Below, one piece after another: positions 11,751 to 21,267 of a stretch of DNA of 64,000 bases. Position 1 is the stretch's first letter, and the number at the start of each line of letters is the position of its first letter. A program made the position numbers and the translations under genes. The notes below the pieces were generated by a model that was given only the letters and a program-made list of their open reading frames with translations, had not been told where the DNA came from and did not search any database. The stretch is from an uncultured delta proteobacterium (GTDB taxonomy: Bacteria > Myxococcota > Myxococcia > Myxococcales > Myxococcaceae): the NCBI GenBank assembly GCA_963776345.1, contig CAVZMH010000017.1, forward strand, positions 160,001 to 224,000, in the 5' to 3' direction.

Positions 11751-12000
11751 GGGCCCGCGGCTCGAGCTGTTCCACCGGCTCGAGGAGCCCCGCTCGGCGC
11801 GGGTGCGGCGGTGGGTCGTGGACCACGACCTCCTCGACGAGGTGCGTTTCCGGAACGTCATCTACCCCGAGGCGGCCGCCGACTTCGCAGCCCGCGGGGG
11901 AAGCGAGACGCCCGCGCTCTGGGACGGAGAGCGGCTCTTCGTCGGCGCGGAGCTGATCATCGCCCGGCTGCAGGCCGTGCTCGACCTCGGCCGCTCCTGA
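11734..12000 (+). CDS. Small glutaredoxin/thioredoxin-fold-like protein lacking cysteines
   Basis: LELFH...EPRSARVR...GGSETPALWDGERLFVGAELI matches the Grx/GST-N pattern; GTG start inferred. Confidence 0.6.
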   Translation: MPGAAEGPRLELFHRLEEPRSARVRRWVVDHDLLDEVRFRNVIYPEAAADFAARGGSETPALWDGERLFVGAELIIARLQAVLDLGRS

Positions 12001-12022
12001 GCTCGCCGGGCTCGCCCGGCGC

Positions 12023-12496
12023 TCAGGGGCCGGTCCGCGCCTCGGGCGCGCGGGTCGAGGCGAGCGCCCGGAGCTCCCAGCCGCGGGTTCCGCGCTCCCA
12101 GGTCTCGAGCCAGGCGAACACCGTGCGGTCGATGGACCCGTCGGCGACGCTCCGGGTGACGACCTCCTTGCGGACCGCGACGGAGCCCCAGGTCCCGTCT
12201 GCCGAGACCCAGGTCCGTGGCGGCTCGAGATTGTCCCAGCGCTCGAACGTGACGCGGGCGAAGTACCGCGCGAAGTGCTCCCGCTGCTGGGCGACGCCGA
12301 GCGGGGAGATCTCCCCCCGGTCGACGAGCACGAAGCCCTCGGAGACGAGCGCGGCGATGCGGTCGGCGTCCCGTGCCAGGTGCGCCTCCCGCTCCAGGGC
12401 GTGCGCGGCGAGGAGTGACCGGCGTGCCTCGTCCGGCCCGCCGGCTCGCGGCGTCGTGGCACATCCCAGGAGCAGCAGCAGGGCGAGCATTCGCAT
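12023..12496 (-). CDS. NTF2-like (DUF4440/SnoaL-like) lipoprotein
   Basis: Lipobox LLLGC; NTF2-like pattern ending WLETWERGTRGWEL. Confidence 0.7.
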   Translation of the reverse strand: MRMLALLLLLGCATTPRAGGPDEARRSLLAAHALEREAHLARDADRIAALVSEGFVLVDRGEISPLGVAQQREHFARYFARVTFERWDNLEPPRTWVSADGTWGSVAVRKEVVTRSVADGSIDRTVFAWLETWERGTRGWELRALASTRAPEARTGP

Positions 12497-12562
12497 GTCG
12501 GGGTCGATCCTGCCCGGGCGCGCGCCGGTGCGTCGCCTCGCCCGCTGCGACGGGGCGACGGC

Positions 12563-13216
12563 TCACTGACTCGGAGGGCGGATCCCCAGCTGCCGGGCGA
12601 GCAGCGCGAGCTGCGTGCGGTTGTCCTGGCGGAGCTTGCGGTAGAGGCTCGAGACGTGGGCCTTCACCGTGCGCTCGGTGATCTGCAGGCTCGCGGCGAT
12701 GTGGCCGTTGTTCGCGCCGGCGGAGACCCAGGCCAGCACCTGCCGCTCGCGGGACGACAGCGGCCGGAGTCGCTCGTGCTCCGGGGCCCGGGTGGCCCGG
12801 AACACGGTGCCGAGCATCTGCGCCGAGATCGCGCGCTCGCCGCGGACCAGCAGCGCGAGGGTCTGGAGCACGTCGCCGCAGACGCTGGCGCGCGCGTCGA
12901 GGTACGCCGCGGCGCCGGCGGCGATGCAGCGGTCGAGGTCGCCCGGCCCGTCGCCCAGGGCGAGGACCTGGACCTGGGGATGGAATTGACGGGCCTCCGC
13001 GAGGGCGCCCACCCCCTGGTCGTCCTCGAGCGAGACGTCCACGCAGGCGAGCTGTGGCTGCTCCTGCGCCAGCGCCGAGAGGAACGCGTCGGCGCGGGTG
13101 TGCCGGCCCACCACGGCGTAGCCCGACTCGGAGAGCACCCGGGCCAGCGCATCGCCCCGGAGGCTCTGGCCATCGAGGAACGAGACCCGCACCCTCCCCT
13201 CGTGTTCCGTGGTCAC
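12563..13216 (-). CDS. Atypical NarL/LuxR response regulator, FruA-like
   Basis: GAGGAGG RBS before the GTG; degenerate receiver; HTH LSSRERQVL...LQITERTVKAHVSSLYRKL...NRTQLAL...LGIRPP resembles M. xanthus FruA as I recall it. Confidence 0.85.
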   Translation of the reverse strand: MTTEHEGRVRVSFLDGQSLRGDALARVLSESGYAVVGRHTRADAFLSALAQEQPQLACVDVSLEDDQGVGALAEARQFHPQVQVLALGDGPGDLDRCIAAGAAAYLDARASVCGDVLQTLALLVRGERAISAQMLGTVFRATRAPEHERLRPLSSRERQVLAWVSAGANNGHIAASLQITERTVKAHVSSLYRKLRQDNRTQLALLARQLGIRPPSQ

Positions 13217-13407
13217 CACCGTCCTCCTCACCCGGGAGACTCGTCGCCGGTCGCCGGGTCAGAAGCCCGCATGGCCGGCTCGAGGTCAACGTCAGGGCAG
13301 GGCGGTGTGTCGAGAGTCCGTCAGCAAGAGCAGGCGAGCGGCCGCCGGCCACCTGGTGATGCAACCCAGGTGGAACCGCGCCCCATCACCTCATCGGGGC
13401 GGTGCGC

Positions 13408-15132
13408 TCAGGACTCGACGAGCGCGACGAGCTGCTTCGCCGCCTCGCGCGGTCCCTGGAGCGCGCGCTCCACCTCGGCGCGCAGGTCCGCGCTCACCCC
13501 GTCGACGGCCCGGAGGAACGCCGCCTCGCCCGAGCGCGCGACGCCCGCGGACACCCCGGCCAGCGTGAGCCCGGCGATCACCGTCCCGGCCACGGTCCAC
13601 AGGAGCGCCAGCACGCCGGCGTTCAGGAAGTAGCCACCCGGCAGCCAGTGCCCCTCCCAGTAGGCGCGTGCGACGCGGTAGCCGACGTGACCGACGAGCC
13701 CGAGCAGCGGGAGCTGCACCAGCGGCACGAGCAGGAGCCGCGCCCAGCGCCACCAGGCCTGCACCGCGCCGTCGAGCATCGGTCCGGTGACCTCGCGCCA
13801 GGCGAGGCTCCTCGCGCCGGCGAGCCGGGCGAGCCACGCCGGATGCTCGGGCAGCCCGTTGACCGCCGCCGGCAGCCCGCGCTCGGCGGCGACGGCGCGC
13901 GCCGGCGCCAGCGCCTGCCGGGCGAGCGCGTCGAGTACTCCGTCCGCCGTGGCCACCACCCGCTCGGCCGCGGCCTGCCGCCCGCGCGACTGCACCTCGT
14001 CCAGCACCGCACCCGTCGCGGCGACGAGGAGCCCCGCGGGGAGGCTCGCCTGCGAGGCCAGCGCCGCGCCGGCGAGCCCGCCCGAGCCCCACCCCGAGAG
14101 GCGCAGCCCCCAGCCGATGGGCCCGGTGAGCCGCCCCGCCGCCTGCCGGCGAACGCTCTGGCGGAGGAATCCGCCCGCGCCCCCGAGCCGGACCCGGAAG
14201 TCCTCGCCGAGCGGCGTCCGGCACTCGGCGAGCCCCGCCTCGAGCGCCTTCCGCACCTCCCCCCGCGCCTCCTCCGTCGTCCGGAGCGCGTCCGACACCC
14301 GGGCGCGGATCTGCCCGAGCAGGGCCTCGGCATTGCGCCGCCTCAGCTCCGTCGCCACCCCCGCCTCGGCGAGGCTCCGCAGCGAGTGCAGTAAGACCTG
14401 CCAGTCGTCGTCGAGCGGCTCGCCGAGCCGGGCCTTCAAGGCGCTCACCACGAAGACCGGGGGCGGCTCGGTGAGCCCGAGCTCGGCCTGCAGCACCCGC
14501 CCCACCTGCTCGCGGAGCGTCTGCCGTGCCTCGGCCCCGAGCTGGTCGGCGAAGTTCACCACCCCCAGCAGGGCGCGCCGGCGGGCGAACGGCCGGAGCG
14601 CCTCCGTCGGCCTGGCCTCGGCCACCGAGCCACGGTGGAAGACGACCAGCGCCGCGTCCACCTGGTCGAGCACCGCGAGCGCCTGCTCGGCGTTCGCCCG
14701 GGCGACGCTGTTGAGGTCCGGTGTGTCGACGAACACTTGCCCCGACCAGGCGCTGCCCGCCTCGGCCATGTACCGCACGACGCGCGGGACCACCTCGCCG
14801 AGCGTGCCCAGCTCGGCGTCGGCCGGGGCGTAGGCCACGGGCTCCGAGGAGGTGGGCCGGTCCACGCCCTCGCGCGCCAGCACCGTCCCGGCGAGCGCGT
14901 TGAGCAAGGTCGACTTCCCCGCTCCCGTCGAGCCCACCAGCGCGATGCGGAGCGGACGCTCGGCGAGCGCGCGTGTGCGGGCATAGTCCCCGGCCAGGCG
15001 CTCCAGCAGCGGCCGGGCGTCGGCGAGCGCCGGGAGTCCGCACGCCTGGTCGAGCCGGGCCATCACCAGCTCGGGCTCGGGCAGCGCCGCTGGCGGAGTC
15101 TCGTCCTGCTTGGCGCGACGGAACCACCTCAT
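13408..15132 (-). CDS. Dynamin-like/MMR_HSR1 GTPase with C-terminal TM segments
   Basis: G1 GSTGAGKS, G2 RPTS, G3 DTPD, helical region, two hydrophobic C-terminal helices. Confidence 0.85.
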   Translation of the reverse strand: MRWFRRAKQDETPPAALPEPELVMARLDQACGLPALADARPLLERLAGDYARTRALAERPLRIALVGSTGAGKSTLLNALAGTVLAREGVDRPTSSEPVAYAPADAELGTLGEVVPRVVRYMAEAGSAWSGQVFVDTPDLNSVARANAEQALAVLDQVDAALVVFHRGSVAEARPTEALRPFARRRALLGVVNFADQLGAEARQTLREQVGRVLQAELGLTEPPPVFVVSALKARLGEPLDDDWQVLLHSLRSLAEAGVATELRRRNAEALLGQIRARVSDALRTTEEARGEVRKALEAGLAECRTPLGEDFRVRLGGAGGFLRQSVRRQAAGRLTGPIGWGLRLSGWGSGGLAGAALASQASLPAGLLVAATGAVLDEVQSRGRQAAAERVVATADGVLDALARQALAPARAVAAERGLPAAVNGLPEHPAWLARLAGARSLAWREVTGPMLDGAVQAWWRWARLLLVPLVQLPLLGLVGHVGYRVARAYWEGHWLPGGYFLNAGVLALLWTVAGTVIAGLTLAGVSAGVARSGEAAFLRAVDGVSADLRAEVERALQGPREAAKQLVALVES

Positions 15133-16892
15133 GCTTCGCCTCCCTCGAGCTGCTCGGCGGCCCGGGCGAACGTGCTCGCCGCTCCCCCGGCGGCGGCGAC
15201 CTGCGCATCGAGCCGTGCGAGCAGCGGCGCGAAGAGCCGTGCCTCCAGCGCGCGTCCGAGCGAGCTCCCGTGCGACCGGCTCCACGACTGCACCACCTCG
15301 GCCCGCACCCCCGCGCCGAGCAGATCCACGAAGCGCTCCATCAGCGGGGTGGTGAGCAGCGTGCTGGCCCACACCACCACGTCCTGCCCCACGCCGCCGG
15401 TGACGACGGTGACCGCGGTCGCCGCGCTCGCCGGCACCGAGTACACCAGCGTCGCCAGCGCCTGGATGGCGCCCTCCTCGAAGCCGCCGGGCAGGTGCTC
15501 CCGGACCAGCTCGCGGCAGCGGGCCAGGAGCTGCGCGCGGTCCTCGTGCAGCGACGCGTCCTCCACCAGCGGGCCCGGAGCCTGGAGGGCGGAGAGGGTC
15601 GGCAGCCCGAGCGCCTCGGCGAGCGCCTCGCGGGTGGTGCTGTCGCCTCTCCACGCGGTGAGCTCGGGCCCCAGCGCCTCGAGGAGCTGCCGCACGCCGT
15701 CGCGGAGCGCGGCGTCGGTCGCCGCCGCCGCGGTGGTGTCCAGCGCCTCGGGCTGTGGGGGGCTGAACGAGGCCCGCAGCTTTCGGCCCAGCGCGCCCAG
15801 CGCCGCGGCGAGCCCGCGGAATGGCCGGCGGATCCACCGGTGCACGGGGCTCCGCGCGTCCAGCTCGTCGCGGAAGGCCTCGACCAGCACGTCGGCGGGC
15901 ACGGCGCGGAGCGCGGCCCGGGCGCCCACCTCGCCGAGCCCGTGCCGGATGCGCGTCCGGAGCCGATCCGGCTCGCTGGCCAGGGCCCGCACCTCGGTGG
16001 CCAGCGTGTGCAGCTCGGCGGCGGCGTCGCGGAGGGCCGCGGCGCGGGCGCGGGTGCGGAGCGCTGCGCCCCGCTCGGGGTCGCCGAGGAGCTCCGCCAG
16101 CCCGGGCCCGCCGTCCACCGGCTCGACGGAAAGGCCGCGTCGGCCGGCCTCCACCTCCGGGTCATGCGGACTCCGGTACCGCGCGAAGGGCTGGGCGCCC
16201 ACGTCGGCGGCGAGCTTGTCCAGGTGCGCGCGCACCGTCTCCAGCTCGGGCGCCTCGTTGTAGACCACCACCCAGGGCCGGCCGCGTCCCACCGCCTGCT
16301 GCACCACGTCCACCAGCGCGGCGTTCTGGTAGGTGTGCCGGGAGACGACGAAGACCACCACGTCCACCGTCACCAGCAGGGCCTCGCTCCGGACCCGGTT
16401 CTCGCGCACCACGCTGTCGAAGTCCGGCGTGTCGACCAGGACCAAACCCTCGGGCAGGGTGGCGGTCGCGGTGAGGAAGAGGCGTCCCGGCGGCCCGGGC
16501 TCGGTCACGGGCGCCAAGGCGCCCGGGGGAAGGAGCACCACCTCGTAGCGCGCCGACAGCGCCTCGCGTCCCGCGCCGCTGGCCGTCCCCGGCGTCGCCG
16601 CGGCGAGGCACTGCTGGGTGAGGCCGCCCTCGGCGCGCGCCGGCGAGAGGCCTGTGCCCACCAGGGTGTTGAACAGCGTGGATTTCCCGACGTTGTTCGG
16701 ACCGGCCACGGCGACCAGGAGGAGCGGCGCCTCGCTGCCGAGCCGCGGGAGCAGGTCGCGGAGGATGCGGGTGCGTACCCGCCGGGCGAGCGCCCGGGTC
16801 TCCGCCTCCGCAGCGTCGGGCAGACGGTCAGTCGCCGCCGCCACGTCGCGGAGCGAGGCCAGGAGCGCGGGGGTCTGGGGGTCGGCCGTCAC
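15129..16892 (-). CDS. Dynamin-like/MMR_HSR1 GTPase
   Basis: G1 GPNNVGKS, G3 DTPDFD, helical C-terminus; stop overlaps the start of the next GTPase. Confidence 0.85.
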   Translation of the reverse strand: MTADPQTPALLASLRDVAAATDRLPDAAEAETRALARRVRTRILRDLLPRLGSEAPLLLVAVAGPNNVGKSTLFNTLVGTGLSPARAEGGLTQQCLAAATPGTASGAGREALSARYEVVLLPPGALAPVTEPGPPGRLFLTATATLPEGLVLVDTPDFDSVVRENRVRSEALLVTVDVVVFVVSRHTYQNAALVDVVQQAVGRGRPWVVVYNEAPELETVRAHLDKLAADVGAQPFARYRSPHDPEVEAGRRGLSVEPVDGGPGLAELLGDPERGAALRTRARAAALRDAAAELHTLATEVRALASEPDRLRTRIRHGLGEVGARAALRAVPADVLVEAFRDELDARSPVHRWIRRPFRGLAAALGALGRKLRASFSPPQPEALDTTAAAATDAALRDGVRQLLEALGPELTAWRGDSTTREALAEALGLPTLSALQAPGPLVEDASLHEDRAQLLARCRELVREHLPGGFEEGAIQALATLVYSVPASAATAVTVVTGGVGQDVVVWASTLLTTPLMERFVDLLGAGVRAEVVQSWSRSHGSSLGRALEARLFAPLLARLDAQVAAAGGAASTFARAAEQLEGGEA

Positions 16893-16925
16893 GCGCCTTT
16901 GGTGCTAGCATCCCCGAGGGTGTCG

Positions 16926-18908
16926 ATGCCGTCTCGTTCGGGCCTGGTGCTCCTGCCGGACAGCTCCGGCGTGGGGGACCGGGTGACCGCGGCTCTCGTC
17001 GGGAGCGACGTCGCGCTCTGGCCCGTGGACCGGCTCGCCGAGGCGAGCTACGTCCTGATGGACCTGACGGTGCCGGGCGGCGAGGAGGCGCTGCGCTCGC
17101 TGAGCGCCGCCGGTGGGCGGCAGGCAGTGCTGGCGCTGGTGGATGCGGAGGTGCTCCGGCGGCGCTCGGCGGCGAGCGTCCCCGCGGACTCGCTGGTGGC
17201 CATCGGGCAGCTCGAGGCGGAGCTGGGCTGGCGGCTGCAGAAGGCCCGCGAGCGCCACGCCCTGGAGCTCCAGTCCCGCGTGCAGCAGCGCAACCTGGAC
17301 ATGCTGCTGGAGCTGACCGCGCGCTACGCCGAGTCGACCGACGTCGACGCGCTCCTTCACGACGTCACCCGGCGGCTCGCCGAGATGCTGGACGTCCCCC
17401 GGGCGAGCCTGCTGCTGGAGGACGGGGCCGGCTCGGCGGTGGTGGTCGCGGCGAGCGACGCGCCGGACCTCAAGAATCTACGCATCGACATGGACCGCTA
17501 CCCGGAGGTGCGCCAGTGCCTGCGCACCGGGCAGCCCACGGCGGTGGAGGACGTGCCCAGCCACCCGCTGCTCGAGGGGATGCACGAGCGCGTCGCGGCC
17601 GCCGGGGTGCGCTCCATCGCCGCGCTCCCCTTGAGCGTCCAGGGCAAGGTGCTCGGCGTCCTCCTGGTCCGAGGCTCCGGCGAGCGGCCGGCGTTCACCC
17701 CCGCCGAGGTGGACTTCCTCGCCACCGTGGCGCACGCGACGGCGGTGGCGCTGCGGAACGCCCGGCTGCTCGAGTCGGTGCGCGGCGAGTCGCGGCGCGA
17801 GAAGTCGGCCCGCCTGGTCGCCGAGCAGAAGGCGGCAGAGCTGGAGCGCTACCAGGCGTTCTTCGCCCACGTCTCGGAGGGCATCGCCATCCTGGACGGG
17901 AAGGGCCGGGTGCTGCTGCTCAACCCCGCGGGGGCGGCGATGCTCGACGTGGACGCGGCCGGCCTCGAGGGCCGCCACGTGGAGGACCTGACCGGCGCGC
18001 TCGGCGCCGAGGCGCTGACCGTGCTGCTCTGCGCGGTCGCCCGCGGCGAGGTGCAGCGGGACGTGGACGTCCAGGCCCGCACGCCCGCCGACCGGCACCT
18101 CACCCTGTCGGTCAGCGGCGCGCCGCTCCGCGAGGCGGACGCCGCCGCCATCCTCAGCTTCCGCGACGTGACCGAGCCCCGGCGCATCGAGAACGAGCTC
18201 CGGCGGACCAAGGAGTTCCTGGAGAAGCTGGTGGACAACACCGTGGACGCGGTGGTGGCCACGGACATGACGGGGCGCTTCATCCTCTTCAACAAGGGTG
18301 CGGAGGCGCTGACCGGCTACACCGCGCAGGAGGCGCTGGGAGGGCTCACCGGGGCCAGCTTCTTCGTCGGCGAGAGCGTGGCCCAGGAGCTCCTCCAGAA
18401 GATGCGCTCGTCGGACCACGGCGGTGCCGGACGGCTGGCGCTCACTCGCCAGGACATCGTCGCCAGGTCCGGGGAGAAGGTCCCGGTGAACATGACCGGG
18501 TCCATCCTGTACGAGGGGCAGCGGGAGGTGGCGATGGTGGGCATCCTCCGCGACCTGCGCGACCGGGTGCAGCTCGAGCGGAAGCTGTCCGACGCCACCC
18601 TGCGGCTGGAGCGGAGCGAGCGGAGCGCGGAGATGATCGCCCTGGCCGGCACCGCGGCGCACGAGCTGAACCAGCCGCTGACCTCGGTGCTCGGGTACGC
18701 CGAGCTCCTCAAGCGGAAGCTGGGCCCGGACGACTACGCCTGGGCCAAGGTGGACATCATCCAGAAGGAGGCCGAGCGGATGAAGGAGATCGTCCGGAAG
18801 ATCGGCCGGATCACCCGCTTCGAGACCAAGCCGTACGTGGGCGAGGCCCGCATCCTGGACCTCGAGCTGGCCTCGGACGAGGACACCACCCCCACCCCCA
18901 AGGGATAG
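16926..18908 (+). CDS. GAF-PAS-PAS-HisKA signalling protein lacking the HATPase domain
   Basis: GAF (SIAALPLSVQGKVLGVL), two PAS domains, H-box TAAHELNQPLT, stop about 80 aa later with no N/G boxes. Confidence 0.85.
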   Translation: MPSRSGLVLLPDSSGVGDRVTAALVGSDVALWPVDRLAEASYVLMDLTVPGGEEALRSLSAAGGRQAVLALVDAEVLRRRSAASVPADSLVAIGQLEAELGWRLQKARERHALELQSRVQQRNLDMLLELTARYAESTDVDALLHDVTRRLAEMLDVPRASLLLEDGAGSAVVVAASDAPDLKNLRIDMDRYPEVRQCLRTGQPTAVEDVPSHPLLEGMHERVAAAGVRSIAALPLSVQGKVLGVLLVRGSGERPAFTPAEVDFLATVAHATAVALRNARLLESVRGESRREKSARLVAEQKAAELERYQAFFAHVSEGIAILDGKGRVLLLNPAGAAMLDVDAAGLEGRHVEDLTGALGAEALTVLLCAVARGEVQRDVDVQARTPADRHLTLSVSGAPLREADAAAILSFRDVTEPRRIENELRRTKEFLEKLVDNTVDAVVATDMTGRFILFNKGAEALTGYTAQEALGGLTGASFFVGESVAQELLQKMRSSDHGGAGRLALTRQDIVARSGEKVPVNMTGSILYEGQREVAMVGILRDLRDRVQLERKLSDATLRLERSERSAEMIALAGTAAHELNQPLTSVLGYAELLKRKLGPDDYAWAKVDIIQKEAERMKEIVRKIGRITRFETKPYVGEARILDLELASDEDTTPTPKG

Positions 18909-18972
18909 GGCCGAGGGTGCCCCTCGGTCCAAAATTATGGAGAGGTTGCGCGTACTTCCCTACCCCGGATTC

Positions 18973-19003
18973 TTGACAGCTCGCGCCGGCCGGGACGTAG
19001 GAT
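18973..19003 (+). promoter_or_regulatory. Possible sigma70 promoter for the agl operon
   Basis: TTGACA-N19-TAGGAT; the spacer is longer than optimal. Confidence 0.35.
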
Positions 19004-19096
19004 GCAACTTCACGTCCAGACCCTGAACTTTGCAGGGTTCCAGCGTGACCCGCCGGTCGGCCTGGCCGCGGGCCGCTGACCAGCACGGAGGCATCG

Positions 19097-19831
19097 ATGA
19101 GCGTGGGGTTCCTGTCCCGACTGACGCTGCTCGCCGCAGAGGCGACCGCCTCGGGCAACTTCTTCGACCAGATGGCAGCCCGGTTCCGCGCCGGCAAGGG
19201 CGGGATGTACCCGATCGCCATCTGCGCGGTCGTCGCGCTGGCGATCATCATCGAGCGCATCGTGGTGCTGTTCTTCTCCGCGCCGATCAACAAGGACGGC
19301 TTCCTGCGCGGGCTGAAGAAGCACATCTACGCCGGAGACCTGGACAAGGCGATCAACTACGTGGCCGGCCAGAAGAGCACCCCGCTCACCAACGTGGTGA
19401 AGGCCGGCCTGATGAACGTCCCCAAGGGCGAGGACGAGGTCCAGGCCGCGCTGGACGAGGCCAGCCTCCGCGAGACGCCGAAGCTCGAGGCCCGCACCGG
19501 CTACCTGGCCATGCTGGGGAACGCGGCGATGCTCGCCGGGCTGCTCGGAACGGTGAACGGTCTGATCCAGTGCTTCGAGGCCGTGGCCCACGTGAACCCG
19601 GCGGACAAGGCCACCATCCTCTCGCAGGGCATCTCCGAGGCGATGAACTGCACCTTCTTCGGGCTGCTCACCGCCATCCCGGCGCTGATCATGTTCTCGG
19701 TGCTGAACGGCCGCACCCAGAGCCTGATCAACGACATCAACGAGACCAGCGTCTCGGTGCTGAACCTGGTGGTGAACAACCGGGACAAGTTCAAGAACCT
19801 CACCGTCTCCGCCGGACGCGATGACGAGTAG
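19097..19831 (+). CDS. aglR: MotA/TolQ/ExbB proton channel, gliding motor AglR-like
   Basis: GLLGTVNGLI, GISEAMNCT; followed by two ExbD-like genes as in myxobacterial aglRQS. Confidence 0.85.
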   Translation: MSVGFLSRLTLLAAEATASGNFFDQMAARFRAGKGGMYPIAICAVVALAIIIERIVVLFFSAPINKDGFLRGLKKHIYAGDLDKAINYVAGQKSTPLTNVVKAGLMNVPKGEDEVQAALDEASLRETPKLEARTGYLAMLGNAAMLAGLLGTVNGLIQCFEAVAHVNPADKATILSQGISEAMNCTFFGLLTAIPALIMFSVLNGRTQSLINDINETSVSVLNLVVNNRDKFKNLTVSAGRDDE

Positions 19832-19886
19832 GTCCCCGGGCCGCTTCCTCACCGCAGCCAACCTCTAGAGATCGGAGACAGCGCGC

Positions 19887-20369
19887 ATGGCCGGCGGGAT
19901 GGACCTGGGTGACAGCAAGGGCCAGAAGAAGGCCCTCGATGCCACCATCAACCTGGTTCCCTTCATCGACCTGATGGCAGTGACCATCAGCTTCCTGATC
20001 ATGACCGCGGTGTGGACGCAGATCGGCCGGCTGCAAGTCAGCGGCGGCGGCGGCGGCGACGACGCCACGCCCGACAAGGACGACAAGACCGTCCCGGTGA
20101 CCCTCCTCCTCTCGGAGAAGGACCTCCGGCTGACCGTGGGGACCAGCACCTTCGACCCCATGCCCATCATCCGGGACGCCAAGCAGCAGATCGATCTCAC
20201 CAAGCTCTCCGAGCGCTTCAAGGACGTGAAGGAAAAGCTCGGCCCCGACCAGACGGCGATCACCGTCCAGACCGAGGACTCGGTCCGCTACGAGGACCTG
20301 GTGCACGTCATCGACGTATGCATCGGCGACGGTTTCCCCTCGGTGTCCGTCGCCCCCGTGAGCACCTGA
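19887..20369 (+). CDS. aglQ: ExbD/TolR family protein, AglQ-like
   Basis: INLVPFIDLMAVTISFLIMTAVW with the conserved TM Asp. Confidence 0.82.
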   Translation: MAGGMDLGDSKGQKKALDATINLVPFIDLMAVTISFLIMTAVWTQIGRLQVSGGGGGDDATPDKDDKTVPVTLLLSEKDLRLTVGTSTFDPMPIIRDAKQQIDLTKLSERFKDVKEKLGPDQTAITVQTEDSVRYEDLVHVIDVCIGDGFPSVSVAPVST

Positions 20370-20371
20370 CC

Positions 20372-20944
20372 ATGGCCATCGAGACTCCAGGCAAGCGCTT
20401 CGGGAAGCGTCTGCGGAAGTCGAAGGTCTTCGGCCACGGGCACGCCGGGCACAAGTCCACCAACGCGGATCTGCTGATCACCCCGCTGGTCGACATGTTC
20501 GTGATCATCGTGCTCTTCCTGATCGCCAACTTCTCGGCGACCGGAGAGATCCTGAACATGACCAAGGACATCCAGCTGCCCACCGCCACGCACGTGGACG
20601 AGCTGGAGCTGGCGCCGGTGGTGATGGTCAGCACCGACGACATCATCATCAACGGCATCTCGGTGGCCCGGGTGGCCGACCTGGCGCGCGACGACTACGT
20701 CACCATCCCCGCGCTGGAGGAGAAGCTCCGCGAGCAGCGCAAGGAGACCGAGGAGCTTCACCAGCTGGCCAACGACGGCACCGCCTTCAAGGGCGTGGTG
20801 AACATCCAGGGCCACAAGGACATCCCCTTCCGGATCATCAAGCGGGTGATGTTCAGCTGCTCGAACGGCGGCTACGCGAACATCAACTTCGCGGTGCTCC
20901 GCGGGTCCGGCCCCGGCGGCGAAAAGACCGCCTCCCTCCCCTAG
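20372..20944 (+). CDS. aglS: ExbD/TolR family protein, AglS-like
   Basis: ADLLITPLVDMFVIIVLFLIANFSATGE. Confidence 0.82.
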   Translation: MAIETPGKRFGKRLRKSKVFGHGHAGHKSTNADLLITPLVDMFVIIVLFLIANFSATGEILNMTKDIQLPTATHVDELELAPVVMVSTDDIIINGISVARVADLARDDYVTIPALEEKLREQRKETEELHQLANDGTAFKGVVNIQGHKDIPFRIIKRVMFSCSNGGYANINFAVLRGSGPGGEKTASLP

Positions 20945-20950
20945 CCGTCG

Positions 20951-21190
20951 CTACAGCGAGCGCCAGTCGAGGCGGGTCGGACGGGGCAGCCCGTCCTGCA
21001 GCTCGGCCCGGTGGTAGGCCGTGGCGGCGGAGATCAGGTGGACGATGATCCCCAGCAGCCCGGCGCTCCCGATCCACAGCGCCGGGGTGATGATCAGCCA
21101 GAAGAGGCCCCGGAGCACCTCGCGGTTGTAGATCTGCCCGAGCCCGGGAATCAGGAACGAGAGCAGGGCGGCAACGGCGGGACGAGACAT
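20951..21190 (-). CDS. Small membrane protein (TM2-like)
   Basis: AALLSFLIPGLGQIYN...RG motif. Confidence 0.75.
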   Translation of the reverse strand: MSRPAVAALLSFLIPGLGQIYNREVLRGLFWLIITPALWIGSAGLLGIIVHLISAATAYHRAELQDGLPRPTRLDWRSL

Positions 21191-21267
21191 GGTATCGGCA
21201 ACCTCCGACCGAGAAGACGGAAGGGGTGGCCGTCGATTGCACCCGTGCAGCGGCAGCGGAACGCCGC

